NCBI GenBank assembly: GCA_018985235.1
Contig: JADGIG010000003.1
Span: 1 to 64,000 of the forward strand
Origin: Sanchytrium tribonematis
Taxonomy: Eukaryota
DNA: 64,000 bases
Direction of reading: 5' to 3'
The notes below the pieces were generated by a model that searched no databases, was not told the DNA's origin, and saw only the letters and a program-made list of their open reading frames with translations. The translations under genes were made by a program, and so were the position numbers. How positions within the stretch are numbered: position 1 is the stretch's first letter; each line of letters starts with the position of its first letter. This document shows, piece by piece, positions 10,277 through 22,980 of the stretch.

Positions 10277-12521
10277 ATGGACGAACTTATTCCACTTATA
10301 TTTAAAAGTGACTCAAGCAAACTCACTAAAGCGGTTGACATATATTTAGGTGAAGATGCAGAACTTCCTGACTTCTCGTTTTCATTAAATCCTCCCCCTT
10401 TGCAACTGATATCAAAAACAACTGCTGATGCCCAATCTTATTCTGAGCAACTTCAAGCCATCATTCAACCCATCCAACAGCTTCATAATACTAAGGAGCA
10501 CATCAAGCAAAGCATTGAATTTTTTACGTATTTGTATGCTTTTGTTGGTGACCTCAAATTGTTAGAGGTTGGGTACGAGCAAGGCAGCTTTCCATTAGAA
10601 CCTCTGAGGAACACCAAAAGACTCTCATTATATTTGAAAAAATACCAAGATATATCATTGATATCAAAGGGTTTGGCAGACTACAATGATCTTCAGGAGA
10701 AAATGTACAAACGTGCAAAATCCAGTTTATTTGAATCATTTAATCCGACTGGAGTCTTCATTGGAGAAAAAGAAAAAGTGAAACATTGTCTTTTGTTTAT
10801 TACGGAAATGAACGATCGTTACAATGAGATATCTGTAATCAGACATCAAATTATTTCCCTTCACCTAAAAGAATACGAGGGAATGTTTTCGCAGGATTTT
10901 ACTCTTGAAAATATTCCTAGAAGATTCGCTTGGTACAAGAAATTGCTCAAGCAAGTGGAACCTATTTTAGATATTTTCCCTGCATCTTGGGCAATGTCGA
11001 CATCTTTTGCAACCGAATTTTGCACTGTAACCAAGTATGCGATCGGTGAAATTCTTAAGAAAATCAATGCCAGTTTAAAAGTAGAAGAATTCGTTAAAAT
11101 GTTGCTTCTATCAATTGAATATGAAAACCAAATGGCAAAATTGCATAAAAATGAGTCATTTGTAAATTGTTTATCTAGTGCTTTTGAACCGTACATGTTC
11201 CATTACATAGAATATGAAAAGAAAAAGATTTCAGCTTTTTTAGAAGAAGTAAAGAAGTTGCCTCTTAAAATTACCGAAGAAGATAGATCAATATCTCTCA
11301 TTTCCAAAGTAGTAGCTTTTTTTCAAGAAATTAGAATTATAATGGCACAATGTTTGAAAATGACTAACGGCAAACCTTTTTTAGAAATAACAAAATTATT
11401 TGACGATAATATTCTCGCATTATCTGACATTTTGGTATTCAAACTGCCCAAATCTGATGTTTATGGGACAGACGACTATATTTATTCCGCTTATGTCATA
11501 AACACCTTGGATTTTATTTCAAACTCTACCGAGCAATTGCAAAAGAAATGTCAAGAGAGCATATCCCCAAAATTTTCTGAGCAAATAAGTCTGGAAAAAT
11601 CGAGCGAGCATGCGTTTAATAATATATCGAAAGTCTCAAAATTGTTACTCGACTTGATTTTGATATTCACTAAGTCTGAATTTGCAAAAGTTGACAAAAG
11701 AGTTTGGACCACTTTACAAAATACGGGTGATTCTAGCCCTTATGCAGTCAATGTTAGCAAGCATGTTTTGAATTTTGTACCACTCATACGTGAAAATATT
11801 TCCAAATCTCAATTTTTCAAATTTATATCAGATAAAGTCGTCATAGAATTTAGTTCATTAGTGCACGATCAAATTTGGAAGTGGAAGCCAGTCAGTCAAG
11901 TCGGTAATTTTTATTAATTTAGGGGCAGAACAGCTACTTCTGGACTTGCAGTCTCTTAAAAATTGTATGATGAGTGGAGTATATCCTCCTGGAAATGATT
12001 CAAACGCGGCAAAATTTCATCGCCAAACTGTATCCAAATGTTTTCAGAAATCTGAGGTTTTACTCAAAATTGCTATGAATCATTTACAAGTTGCAGATGT
12101 ATTGGTAAATACTTTTGTAATGATGACAGACACAAATACCGAAGGTAATGTCATTGCCTGCTCTACTGAGGAAATATTTAAAGAGAAATCCCGCAAAAGG
12201 TCATTACTAAAATTATTAGAATTTCGGGGTGCACAAAAGGCTGATATTACAAAGATCATGGACAAATACACGACTTTGTACAATGATACAGAGTCAGTGG
12301 ATCTGACATTAAAAGAAGAGGACAAATCTACGCAAGGTAACTGGAAAAAATTGTTTGCGACTCCACCTCCTGCACCAATTCAGCCAAACCCCCTATCACC
12401 AGTCAACACCAATCCGTCATCAGAACCAAAAGTGCAGCAATCTGGTACCATGCCGCCTTCTGTTGCTCCGACCGCCACCGCAGGATTTATGAATTACTTT
12501 AGCAGCTTCAATAAAAAATAG
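10277..12521 (+). CDS. VPS53: GARP complex subunit Vps53, 741 aa; exons 10277-11903 and 11923-12521
   Basis: LENIPRRFAWYK, IFPASW and FEPYM motifs; splicing restores VGAEQLLLD. Confidence 0.88.
11904..11922 (+). other. 19-nt spliceosomal intron GTAATTTTTATTAATTTAG
   Basis: Removal restores Vps53 SQVG|AEQLLLDLQSLK. Confidence 0.93.
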
Positions 12522-12522
12522 T

Positions 12523-15271
12523 TTACTTTTTTCTGCCTCTTCCTCGACGTTCCTCTTCGTTATAATATTCTTTTTGAACAATTGAAACAATAGTTGTAAC
12601 CCTTCGCTGAATTTCGAGCGAAGACCGGGACTTTAAAAACCAATCAAACCGCATCAAAGGGCTTGTTCGTATATCTTGTAATATTAAATCACTTACATTT
12701 TCAGTTCCATATCCGTGCTTTGTTAAAGACATTAGCTAAATGAGATCAAAATACAATGAATCGGTCTTCTTCCTCCGTAAAATTTTTTCTTCCGCTGGCT
12801 TGAGGAAGTTTAATTTGATACATAGGGTATTTATAAGACTCAACAATAGACTTCAATCTACTTTGAATTTCTTCACTTTTTCGCAGTTTCTCTTCACCTT
12901 TCTCGATTTGCTTGCTGATTTTTTCGAAATCAGACAATTCCGACCACCTTTCAAAAAATACCTCGTGATATCGTTTTACTTCGTCCTCGGCTTTTCCAAT
13001 TCTTTCCATGTCTGCGCAGATATCAACAATAGAACTTCTTCCATATTTTTCGCATGCTTTAATAAAGGCACGATAATCACGAACACCCCAATTCTTAAAG
13101 CCATAGTTTGAAAGATGTTCCAGCTCAGTTTTTTCTTCTGTAGTTAGATCTTCTGCATTATCTATCTTTTCTTGATCTCTCGCTTGGTCTGCTAAAAGCT
13201 GCTCTTCAGTAGTATCATCATCATCGACCAACTGCAATGGGACTCGATATCCCATCTCCTTTTGGTAAAAAAGGGTTTCCTTTTTCTGCAGCTCGTGTAC
13301 TCTGGTTGGATAAAACTGAAATTCTAGCAAAGATAATTGATTTGGAGGTCGAGGAGCCTGTTGCTGACGTCTACCCTTTTCGGAGTATATGTAGTTTTTA
13401 CGCTCTCTCTTAGAAGGTTCAATGTAACTCAGACCTGCGGCACCAGCTCCTCGCTTTGCTGCAAATTGAATAGCGTCAATAGAGCTTTCTAAACGTAATA
13501 AATCCTCTATGCGAACGTTTTCAAACTTATTGTTCAGTTTCAGAGTTTTTTCTTCACCTAATTTTAATATGTCATCAATATCTTCGTCTATGTTTATTGG
13601 ATCCTCCTCGTTGAATACCTCTGTAACACCATGTTGAATCATCGCCAAATAATCATTATCGCCTTCTTTTGCTTGGTGATTCAACTTTCCTTGCTGAATT
13701 ACCATTTTGTCAAGCTGCAATTTCTGCTGAGCTCGCTCTAAAATTTTTTCATCAATAGCGTTTTCAGTGACTAGTTTGTAAACAAAAACTTGCTTGGTTT
13801 GACCAATTCTATGAGCACGATCTTCAGCTTGCAAGTCGACTTGGGGGTTCCAATCACTGTCGTACATAATCACAACATTAGCGCTTGTCAAATTAATTCC
13901 TAATCCACCAGCTCTGGTCGTCAATAAGAATACAAATTTATCTTCCCCGTTGTCGTTGAATGCATCAATAGCATCAATACGATCTTCGTGGGCAGTTTGT
14001 CCATCTATACGACAGTATTGGAATTGTCTCCATAAGCAATAATCCTCTAGTATGTCTAACATTCTAGCCATTTGACTGAAAACCAAGACCTTTTGGCCGT
14101 TTGCTTTGAATTTTAATAAAAGCTTGTCTAGCAGCTTCATTTTGGCACAATTTTCTACCAAATGAATGTCAGTAGTGTATGGTGGCCCAGGTTCCGCTCC
14201 TTGAAATAAGTAAGGATGGTTCGTACACTTTCTCAACTGCATGACAATGTTTAAGAGTCGAGTCTTTTTTTCCTTTTTGGATCCCACAACCCCATTGACA
14301 GCATCGATATTTTTCTCTAATATCGCTCTATACCACTTTTTTTGCATTGGAACCATTTTTACGTATAGATTCATCCTTTTTTTGGGAGGAAGACTGTGTT
14401 CAACATCACTTTTTAATCTTCTTAACATAAATGGTCTCAAAATTTTATGAAGTTGCTGAATTTTACCATCTTCGTTGCCTTCGCCATTCAAAACCCATTG
14501 CTCAAATTTTTCAGAGTCATTGAAAATGTCATCCATCAAAAAATATAATAATGCCCACAGTTCTTTTAAATTGTTCTGGAGAGGAGTTCCGGTCAAAAGG
14601 AGCTTAAATTTCGCGCGAAATCCTCTTGTGATTGTTGAGAGTTGAGATTCAGCGTTTTTGATTCGATGAGCTTCATCAATTATGAGAGTGTGCCAAGGCA
14701 TTTTCCCGAATACTGATTTTTCTCTCAGAACAATTTCATATGATGTGATGCAGACATCAAAATTTTCTTCCTTAAGCCTATTTTCGATCAAATTCGCTCT
14801 AGTCTCCTTATCACCATGGAGCACAAAAACATCAATGTCACTAAATTTTTTAAATTCCTTTTGCCAATTATCAAGAGTAGATTTTGGGGCTATGACAAGA
14901 TGTATTCCATCAATCTCTTTAATATATTTTAAGTAGCCGATTAAAGAAATACTTTGAATGGTTTTACCTAAACCCATTTCGTCTGCTAAAATGCCATTAA
15001 TTTGGTGATTGTACAAATTAACAAGCCAATTGAGTCCGTGAACTTGATAGTCTTTTAAAGTACCTTTTATGTAAGCAGGCGATTCTTCCAAAAAATCCTC
15101 ATCAATTTCCGGGTCATTATTATCATAAGTTGCATTAAAACGGGCACCTTGTGTTTTTTGACCCTTTTTTTGAGTTGCCAATTGCTTAAGCTTCTCCTCT
15201 GGAATAAAGTCCTTAAACAACTCAGTTTGCCCTAGCAGATACCTATATTTTGTAAGTTTATCAGTGGACAT
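12523..15271 (-). CDS. ISWI-family chromatin-remodelling ATPase (SNF2 helicase + HAND-SANT-SLIDE), 909 aa; exons 15271-12755 and 12735-12523
   Basis: [28 protein letters not shown] and [16 protein letters not shown] region FTEEEDRFI|LMSL...FDWFLKSR. Confidence 0.95.
12736..12754 (-). other. 19-nt spliceosomal intron GTATTTTGATCTCATTTAG
   Basis: Phase 0; removal rejoins the SLIDE domain. Confidence 0.92.
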
Positions 15272-15304
15272 GTTTCACTCCTTTTGCCAAATTTATTTGA
15301 GAAA

Positions 15305-16120
15305 TTACACTTTTATTTTTTTATTTATGCTATCATCGTCGCTAGAAATCATTCTCTTTTTAGGAGATTTGACTTTATGAGGTGAATCTTCAGAATTTTC
15401 CTCATTATCCACGCTGGTTTCATCAGAATTATCAGAGCCTGAATTGTCGCTATTGGAATCAGAACGTGAAAATTTGGTACTTGCTGATGATCTTTTGGCT
15501 CTTTTACTGTTCATATCTACAGCCACATCAGCTGCTTGCAATTCTTCAACTTCGTTTCTCAGTTCCATTTCCTCTCCAACCTCTTTGCAAATATCCAGAG
15601 TCCATTTTCTGTCATCGCAATCATAAGCTTTTGAGGATGTTTTATTTTCTGTAGGCAATTCGAACCCACATTTCTTAAACCCTTCCAATAGGTTGCCAAC
15701 CAAGAGCCTATATTGGTCTTTATCAGACATAGCTTTTAATTTTTTGTAAGGAATAGGAATCTTCGCTGCTTTTAAATAAGGGTATAAAGAAGCAGGGCTC
15801 TTGGCATTTTTTGGAGTGCGAGTATTTTTCAAAGATTTTTTTCTTGGATTTTGACTTGTGGCTTTAGTTTTAGAACTTTTTGAACCAGTATCACTTTTTG
15901 ACCCTGAGCTTCGAACTTTAATTTCAGAGCTAATCGAAGGATCATTTTCGATATCTGATGCCGATTGTTTTTCAAAATTTTCAAGCGCTATTTGGATTGA
16001 CTCAACCAGCTTTTCTTTTGGTGGTATTTCCACGCCTCTTTCTGTCAAGTAGGATTTGACTTGCTTTAGTGATAGTGCTGTTCCCTCTTTTTTAAATAAT
16101 TGCTGCAAAAAATTGATCAT
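15305..16120 (-). CDS. Uncharacterised basic/acidic nuclear-type protein (weak HIRIP3/histone-chaperone-like impression)
   Basis: Long ORF. Start placed at ATG 16120 because AACAAGGGAG lies just upstream; ATG 16162 is an alternative. Confidence 0.55.
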   Translation of the reverse strand: MINFLQQLFKKEGTALSLKQVKSYLTERGVEIPPKEKLVESIQIALENFEKQSASDIENDPSISSEIKVRSSGSKSDTGSKSSKTKATSQNPRKKSLKNTRTPKNAKSPASLYPYLKAAKIPIPYKKLKAMSDKDQYRLLVGNLLEGFKKCGFELPTENKTSSKAYDCDDRKWTLDICKEVGEEMELRNEVEELQAADVAVDMNSKRAKRSSASTKFSRSDSNSDNSGSDNSDETSVDNEENSEDSPHKVKSPKKRMISSDDDSINKKIKV

Positions 16121-16169
16121 TAGAACTCCCTTGTTAGTAAATCTCAGAATAAACTGTGCCATAAGAAAT

Positions 16170-16679
16170 TTATTTTTGAAATATTTGGTTTTCCTGATTT
16201 TCAGAATCATTATTTTTGGCTATTCTTTTAGTGATGCTCAAATCAAGTGACGGGAAATCGTTTGCTTCAACATGGTCCCTGAGCTCTTTGACAAGTTCCT
16301 TTAGGCCCGTGTTTTTATCCATAAGCTCCTTTCTTTGCTGCTCTAATTCTCGGATTTTCAGATCATTGACATGTTGCATCTTTTGCATTTTCTGATTTTG
16401 ATCCTTCAAACCTTTGATTTCTTCTTCATATGCTGCGAGCTGATTTTGCAAGCAGTCGATTGCTTCATGAGATGTCTCTTGCAATTCCACTTCCACCGCT
16501 TCTAATTCTTTTTTAAATTCAGCCATTTCAGTAGTATACTGTCGATTGAGCTGAGAATAATGACGTTGCAATTGACTTAATACTTTGGTATAATGTTTTG
16601 GGTTGTTAGCTATTTCATTAACAGTAGCACCTTTAAGACATTCTTTTAGATTTAATGACGCTTGAGTTTTGGTTTTCAT
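16170..16679 (-). CDS. Uncharacterised coiled-coil protein
   Basis: 169-aa ORF with heptad-like E/K/Q/L pattern. Confidence 0.65.
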   Translation of the reverse strand: MKTKTQASLNLKECLKGATVNEIANNPKHYTKVLSQLQRHYSQLNRQYTTEMAEFKKELEAVEVELQETSHEAIDCLQNQLAAYEEEIKGLKDQNQKMQKMQHVNDLKIRELEQQRKELMDKNTGLKELVKELRDHVEANDFPSLDLSITKRIAKNNDSENQENQIFQK

Positions 16680-16725
16680 TTAGAAGGGGTTGTCTTTCGA
16701 AAAATAAATTGCCGTCATTGTCGAT

Positions 16726-17358
16726 ATGGAAGATCATTTTAATGAATTAAACACCAAAGAAACTAGATACTTTAATATTGAAGAGAATGAAGAAGACGAC
16801 AAGTGCAGAATTTGTCTTGCAATTGATCATGGTGAAGCAACCTGCCCATTTGCGAGATTGAAGAACTGCTTTAGATGCGGTAAGATGGGGCACGAATCCA
16901 ACTGCTGTGTATTTAGAAGCCAGGATATTGATCAGTTCCGATGTAGGAATAGGCTCTGTCGGGACTCGCCGCATTTTTTTGAAGAATGTCCATTAATTTG
17001 GCGATACTATGTAATCAATGATCAGCATATACGGCCCAAAGCAACAGCGTGTCTTCAGTGTGGCAGACTTGATCATCTATTCGAAGAATGTCCTAAATAT
17101 CCGATAAAAAATAACAGGACACCTTTCACAAGTGATATAAGATATTTTATTGAACATGCTGGAGTTCCTGTTCAGCTAACCCAAGATGTCTCAGTAAGAC
17201 CTTGGAATGACTTAAATGTCGCTAACTCGAAATGGCGCTCAAATAGGATCGATGATTTTAGTTTTAGTGGAGGAAAAGGTGGAAGAAAAAGTTATAATGT
17301 CGCAAAATCAAAGCAAGGAAAGGCAAACGTCCGAAATAATAAAAAACGCAAGTATTAA
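16726..17358 (+). CDS. Air1/Air2-like zinc-knuckle protein (TRAMP complex)
   Basis: Several CX2CX4HX4C knuckles plus the CP.IWR.Y motif. Confidence 0.78.
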   Translation: MEDHFNELNTKETRYFNIEENEEDDKCRICLAIDHGEATCPFARLKNCFRCGKMGHESNCCVFRSQDIDQFRCRNRLCRDSPHFFEECPLIWRYYVINDQHIRPKATACLQCGRLDHLFEECPKYPIKNNRTPFTSDIRYFIEHAGVPVQLTQDVSVRPWNDLNVANSKWRSNRIDDFSFSGGKGGRKSYNVAKSKQGKANVRNNKKRKY

Positions 17359-17373
17359 AATAACAGACTTTAC

Positions 17374-18937
17374 TTAATTTCTTCTCTTTCTGCGCTTGAC
17401 TACAACCATTTCATCATCCATATTGATTCTTCTAATGAATTCGTCCCCAAATTCATCAGCATCAATTGGGTTGACATTCATAGCTAAAAGACTATCAACA
17501 ACAAGTTGCTTTTCAGCCAATTCTGTTATTACATTGATAGCGTGTTCTGGTACACCAAACTTTTTGCACTCACTTTTGCACCATTTTATAAAATCTGCTG
17601 ATCTTTTTGAAGATTCGACGATGGCAGTAATAGAAGGTTGTTTCTTAATAGGAGTAGGATTATTATTGGCCGAGAATTGAGGCTTACGAGAAACTGGCAC
17701 AGCAACTTGAGATACAACTGGGGCAGGTGGTTTAACTACTTTACGGATTTGAGAACTTTGACCAACAACGGATGCCCAACCGTGTGAGACAGTCGGTTTT
17801 ACTTTTCTAATTTGCTCGGCCTCAATAGCAGTAATACTGGTAGGAGATGGTTGGTTCACTTTAGCCCAACCTTTCCAATCATTTCGAGTGGGAAGTGGCC
17901 CTTCTAATTGCTGTTGCAATTCAATATCACTGAAATCATCAATTTTATGTTCAGGTAACTGAGACCAATTTTTAGGTGAAGCTACATTGACTTCAATACT
18001 GGAATGACGTCCCCTAAATTCAGTTTGTTGAATAGGGGAGCTAGAGTTAGAGCGCAGGGGCGAGCTCTCGTTGAAAGTAGGTGATTTTTCACGCGCATTA
18101 ATGCCCATATTAGTCAGCATATTTAGAACGTCTTGGTTTTCAGATCCATTCGGCGACTTTTTTGATGTTTGCTGGCTTAGCTGCTGTTCAAGATCAGATA
18201 CTGTCATTGTTTTGTTTAGTATATTCAATAAAGATGAACCCCCAATAGAAGGTGATGAATCATAATTTCCTAATATACTGCCAATATGTCCAGGTGATGA
18301 CGCCTCTGATCTTAAGCCGATTGCATCTTTCAATGCAGTATTTTTGTCAAGTTTTTCTGATTTGGATAGCATGGGTGAGTACTGAGGAGCGGAGGACGAT
18401 ATTGGAGATTCTTCCAAAGCACCCCCCAAAAGCTCTTCATTGTTGACATTAAAGTCAAATGAATTACCGTTTTGTTGCACAAAGTCAAAAGGATTGTCAG
18501 TACTTAGACCTAATAGAAGAGTATATTTGTCTAAACGGATCCAGTCAACTTGGTTTTCACTAACATCAAGCGATAGATCAAAATACTTGTTACTAAACCA
18601 TTTTTGCATTTGGTCTGTGGTAAAAGGACCTTGTATTTTCCCTACATTAGTTATATATACCACTAGGATCTTTGTAATAAAACGTTTGGAAAGGTGATTT
18701 AGGAATGTAGATGTCCAGATTTAATTCAGTTTTCGAATTGTCTCTTCGAGCCGGTTGTGGATTTTGAAATTTTTTCTTAGGTTTTTTACGTAGCTTACTA
18801 ATGTAATCAAGATATGACATGTCATCACCGAGAAGTTCCGGATCTTGCGGATCAAGAAAGAGTACTAAGTCATTGTTTAGTGGTATTTCCGGATTGCCAG
18901 GTTTTGTTAATTTCGCAGTAGGAAATGTTTGTAACAT
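17374..18937 (-). CDS. GYF-domain protein (Smy2/GIGYF-like), 514 aa; exons 18937-18661 and 18641-17374
   Basis: Splicing restores FYYKDPSG|KIQGPF...MQKWF..KYF; C-terminal F..WC...F..EF..R pattern. Confidence 0.82.
18642..18660 (-). other. 19-nt spliceosomal intron GTATATATAACTAATGTAG
   Basis: Removal rebuilds the GYF domain; contains ACTAAT with the A at -6. Confidence 0.92.
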
Positions 18938-18994
18938 CAAACAAGGAAAATTAAATTTTTTATAAAATATTCTTTCGTGTAAAGATTTATTTTA

Positions 18995-20377
18995 TTAGCC
19001 GAAAAAGAATTCAAATTGCCCACCCTGGTTCGGAAATTCAAAATTAGGAAAACCGCCACCTTGTGTGAAAACAAATTGATTTCCGCCGCCGCCACGCCCA
19101 CCACCAAAGAACATATCAAATGGAAATCCTCCACCATGTGCATGTCCACCAGCATTTGCGTGTGGATCGTTAGGATCTACACCTTGGTCAAACATTCGTC
19201 GCTTTTCCTTATCTTTCAAGACTTCATAAGCTTCATTAATTTCTTGCATTTTTTTCTCAATAGACTCTTTTGTATCACCCTCTTGCTTGACATATAAATC
19301 CGGATGCATTCTTCTAGCCAGTTTTCTGTAAGCGCTTTTAATTTCTTTATCTGAAGCAGAAGGTTCAACGCCAAGTATTTTGTAATAATCTTTGGTAGGC
19401 TTTTTCCTGTTTTGTCCACCGAAACCACCATGATGACCATGTCCACCATGACCTCTATGTCCTCCTTGTTGTCTTCTACCAGCTTGTTGGAGTTGCTGAA
19501 GTATTTGTTGTAAAAGACGAAAACTTTTCATTCTTTGAAGTTTCTCTGATGGTGCAAGTCTTTCAATTTGAATCAAATTTATAACTTTTTCTGCCTTGTT
19601 TTTTTTAGAGGTGAGCTTTTGAAGCTTTGGTTCGAGAATGGCAACGTAGATTTTTTGTAAGGAAAAAAGAATGTCTGGTCTGGTTGTAGGGATGGATTCA
19701 TACAAAGCTAAATAATGGTAACAAGCTGCTGAGCTAGGATCTCTTTCGCATTCTCTTGGGAGGGTGTATGACCAAAGAGCGGCGGCCCAAAGTGTTCGTT
19801 CTGGCCATTTTTTTAACGCGAAATTTTCTTTTTCAACAGTTACTTGCAACAAATTCACCCTGTGTGTAGCTAGTGCTATGAAGGTTTTTAATTGTTCAAA
19901 ATGTGATAGTTTTTTAAATTTAGAGAATAGCATTAAATTCTCAATGGGTTTTATATCTTGAATTTCATTGTGGTGGCATCTCATCAAAGGCATGTGTGGA
20001 AGATTCTTCTTAAACAGATCGAGAGATCTTTTCCAAAAAGAACACCATTTATGCTCAGGAGCTGCTTTTAAGCACCTTCGGACAAGTTGAATGGATTGCC
20101 CAATATAGGCTTCCCACAGCATTTCATTATCCACTACATCTTCTTCGATAATTTGCAAAGTGACCATTTTTGAATTAAAACCAGAATATATGGACCTTTT
20201 GCCGGATAGATTACATTCAAATTTCAACATTTGAAGCAATCTTTGTGGTGAAGAATCTTTATATGCAATTCCTCCAAGTTTTGTTAAAGCCGCAAATTCA
20301 AGAACTTCAGGCAGGCGATGATTTGATAATTCTCTCATTGGCAAAAATGCCAATATGAATACATCGAATAACAACAT
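18995..20377 (-). CDS. DNAJC3/P58IPK-like ER co-chaperone (degenerate TPR + J domain)
   Basis: Hydrophobic N-terminus, [15 protein letters not shown] domain with HPD, and a G/F-rich tail. Confidence 0.8.
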   Translation of the reverse strand: MLLFDVFILAFLPMRELSNHRLPEVLEFAALTKLGGIAYKDSSPQRLLQMLKFECNLSGKRSIYSGFNSKMVTLQIIEEDVVDNEMLWEAYIGQSIQLVRRCLKAAPEHKWCSFWKRSLDLFKKNLPHMPLMRCHHNEIQDIKPIENLMLFSKFKKLSHFEQLKTFIALATHRVNLLQVTVEKENFALKKWPERTLWAAALWSYTLPRECERDPSSAACYHYLALYESIPTTRPDILFSLQKIYVAILEPKLQKLTSKKNKAEKVINLIQIERLAPSEKLQRMKSFRLLQQILQQLQQAGRRQQGGHRGHGGHGHHGGFGGQNRKKPTKDYYKILGVEPSASDKEIKSAYRKLARRMHPDLYVKQEGDTKESIEKKMQEINEAYEVLKDKEKRRMFDQGVDPNDPHANAGGHAHGGGFPFDMFFGGGRGGGGNQFVFTQGGGFPNFEFPNQGGQFEFFFG

Positions 20378-20593
20378 CCTTGTTTCAAAAAATCTGATGG
20401 ACGGAGAGCGACATTATGCATATCTGAATATCTGTTTGTTGTGTTTAGTGTAAGATAGTTGATCATTATGAATTGACATTTATGTAGTTATATTTCTCGT
20501 TAGATAATTTTTAAATTTTTTAACCAATTGTATTCGCTCAGGCCCCCCTGAAAATATGCCGTACCGACTTGTATTGTTATGCTCCTTTAAACA

Positions 20594-21269
20594 ATGACAG
20601 CTGGAAATCTTAGAATCGGTTCTACAGTTCCGAACTTTGACGCAGAAAGTACTAAAGGAAGGATCAACTTTCATCAATTTCTTGACAACAAATGGACTAT
20701 TTTCTTTAGTCATCCTCAAGATTTCACTCCAGTCTGCACAACTGAGCTTGCTGAAGTTGCCAAATTGACACCAGAGTTCGAAACCAGAAACGTTCAATTG
20801 ATTGGGTTGAGTTGTGACTCTATTGAAAATCATCATAAATGGATTAAAGACGTTGAAGAATATGGAAAGGCTGCAGTTAAATATCCTATCATTGCTGACT
20901 ATGATAGAAAAGTTGCTCTTCTCTTTGATATGTTAGATGAACAAGATGCCACCAATGTCGACGAAAAAGGATTACCATTAACTGTGCGTTCAGTTTTCTT
21001 CATTGATCCAAAAAAAATCATCCGAGCAATTATCACTTACCCTGCAGCAGTAGGAAGAAATGCGCAAGAATTATTGAGAGTAATTGACAGCTTTTTGCAA
21101 ACTGAGAAAATTCCAAGCGCAACGTAATATTTTGTAACGTAGTCCTGTTAATTGGAATAAAGGTGACAAGATCATCATACCACCCACAGTAAAATCTGAG
21201 GATTCTTTAAAAAAGTACAAGAACATCCAGTCTATTAAGCCTTATTTAAGATTTGCTGACCCTCAATAA
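20594..21269 (+). CDS. 1-Cys peroxiredoxin (Prx6 family), 218 aa; exons 20594-21123 and 21143-21269
   Basis: FSHP.DFTPVCTTE; splicing restores ATPVNWNKGD and the C-terminal KPYLRF. Confidence 0.95.
21124..21142 (+). other. 19-nt spliceosomal intron GTAATATTTTGTAACGTAG
   Basis: Removal restores the conserved AT|PVNW. Confidence 0.94.
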
Positions 21270-21399
21270 ATCTTTTTTAGTCTAAATCTTACACCTGTGG
21301 TCCAACGTGAATTGGCTTGTGTGGAACAAATCAACTCTTAAGATTTACAAACTCGATATTTCATTCAAGTAAGCGACGTTCACAATTTGGTTTTATTAG

Positions 21400-22470
21400 A
21401 TGATTTTATATCTTCGTTCTAATGATCTTCGAAAATATGTAATAGGGAATGCTGTCTCAATCTCTAAATATCCTAATCAACCCCTACCTCAATTTATTAT
21501 TTTCGCTGGTGAAAATTTATTTACCTATCCTAAATCAAATGATTCTAGTGTTTTACTAAATGTTTTATATAAGAACAAAACCAGTGAGTTGCTTGAATTG
21601 GTCATTGATAATCGTCCAATTCCAAATGCCAAAGGGACTACTACGTTGATTTTTACAAATGATTTGGTTCAAAATTATGATAATATACTAAATAATTTAT
21701 TCAACGAAACTGCGTTACAATATTCACTTATCACCAATGATTCAGGTCTGGAAATACAAGGTTCTAGCATCTATGGAAGCGCGATAAATTACACAGGAAA
21801 ACTGGAAATCGCGGCCACTAATCGGAATAATGCCACTGGATTTGCAAGCATCGGCTTTGTCAGAGTAGATCAGTATTATGCAAATGAGTGGATGATTCTA
21901 TTCGTATATTTAATGGTGGTTGCATTGATTAGCTGGATAACAGTGTATTTTATGGGAAAACCAAATCACAAAATAGAGCTAACAACATATGACACTAAAA
22001 GAACAAGACAAACATCTTCAGGAGATGATAGAGACTCTGGATTTGACATTCCACCAGAAAGTACTAAAGCTATTAAATCAGAAGAGCCAAGTGTCTCAGA
22101 TGAAATTAATGAATTGACAACAGATGCTCATCATACAATGCTTGACCTTGAATCTCAAGATGATGACCAAATCAAAGTTGAAAATATAAAAATCACTCCA
22201 CTTTCAAAGTACGAGACAATTATTGGCTATGAAATTAAAAGTGAGGATATTTCAGTCTCAATGGTGGATGGTAATGAATTGCCACCATGGATGTATCTTG
22301 ACCATTCTAATTTGTTGCTTTTGTGTCCTTCAATGGATGATTTAGGAACTTTTATTGTGGTAGTTCGCAAACAGAAAATTGTAGTTCAGGTTCTACAGAT
22401 TGTGGTTGAATACAATTTTTTTGACAAATATCAATCTGGTGTGTCAGATCTTTCTTATACAGAAATATAA
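21400..22470 (+). CDS. Single-pass membrane protein with dystroglycan-type cadherin-like (CADG/Axl2-like) segments
   Basis: PLPQFI and DGNELPPWMYLD motifs; TM segment WMILFVYLMVVALISWITVYF. Confidence 0.5.
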   Translation: MILYLRSNDLRKYVIGNAVSISKYPNQPLPQFIIFAGENLFTYPKSNDSSVLLNVLYKNKTSELLELVIDNRPIPNAKGTTTLIFTNDLVQNYDNILNNLFNETALQYSLITNDSGLEIQGSSIYGSAINYTGKLEIAATNRNNATGFASIGFVRVDQYYANEWMILFVYLMVVALISWITVYFMGKPNHKIELTTYDTKRTRQTSSGDDRDSGFDIPPESTKAIKSEEPSVSDEINELTTDAHHTMLDLESQDDDQIKVENIKITPLSKYETIIGYEIKSEDISVSMVDGNELPPWMYLDHSNLLLLCPSMDDLGTFIVVVRKQKIVVQVLQIVVEYNFFDKYQSGVSDLSYTEI

Positions 22471-22521
22471 TGAAATCAATAAATTGTGTCTTATATCATA
22501 TTTCATATCTCCTCAAGTTAC

Positions 22522-22962
22522 ATGAATAAGTTGGAAAGAGTAGCAGATGTATTAGGTTTGAAAGACGAGTTCAAGGACCTAATTGTACCCTATATTGATC
22601 CCAAGATTATACCGTTTCAATTAAAAGAAATGGAAAGAGTACCAGGGAATCTGCTACCAGAATATAAGATAAAATATCAATCTTCGAAGTTTTTTAGAGA
22701 TGTGATGATCAAAGAACCCCCAAAAATTGAGAAATTTGATAAACTAAACGTTAATGTTTTACCAGATGACCTGGTGCCTTCAAAATTAAGGACCGAAAAT
22801 TTTGTGAAGCCCATTGTACAAGCAGTTATTTCCGAAAAACAAGAGGTTGACGAAAAACCACTGCCCAGTGAAAGTAAAGATTCAAAAAAGCCTCCAAATT
22901 CGGCGACCCCGCTCAAAAGAAAAGCTTCAGCAACCACAAAAGCCAAAAAGAAAAGAAAATAA
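22522..22962 (+). CDS. Possible Mediator subunit Med19/Rox3-like protein
   Basis: LGL...F, VPG and PP pattern with a basic KKKRK tail. Confidence 0.4.
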   Translation: MNKLERVADVLGLKDEFKDLIVPYIDPKIIPFQLKEMERVPGNLLPEYKIKYQSSKFFRDVMIKEPPKIEKFDKLNVNVLPDDLVPSKLRTENFVKPIVQAVISEKQEVDEKPLPSESKDSKKPPNSATPLKRKASATTKAKKKRK

Positions 22963-22980
22963 ATTTCTCCTTGGTGACTG

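Noticed and set aside
15278..15283. AAGGAG before ATG as a bacterial Shine-Dalgarno sequence or contamination
   Set aside because: The genes are eukaryote-specific, and the motif occurs more often in the reverse orientation, which fits a DNA element.
21369..21399. Possible 31-nt GTAAGC...TTAG intron adding a 5' exon to the CADG-like gene
   Set aside because: The in-frame upstream exon has a stop and no ATG, and the length and 3' end do not match the consensus.
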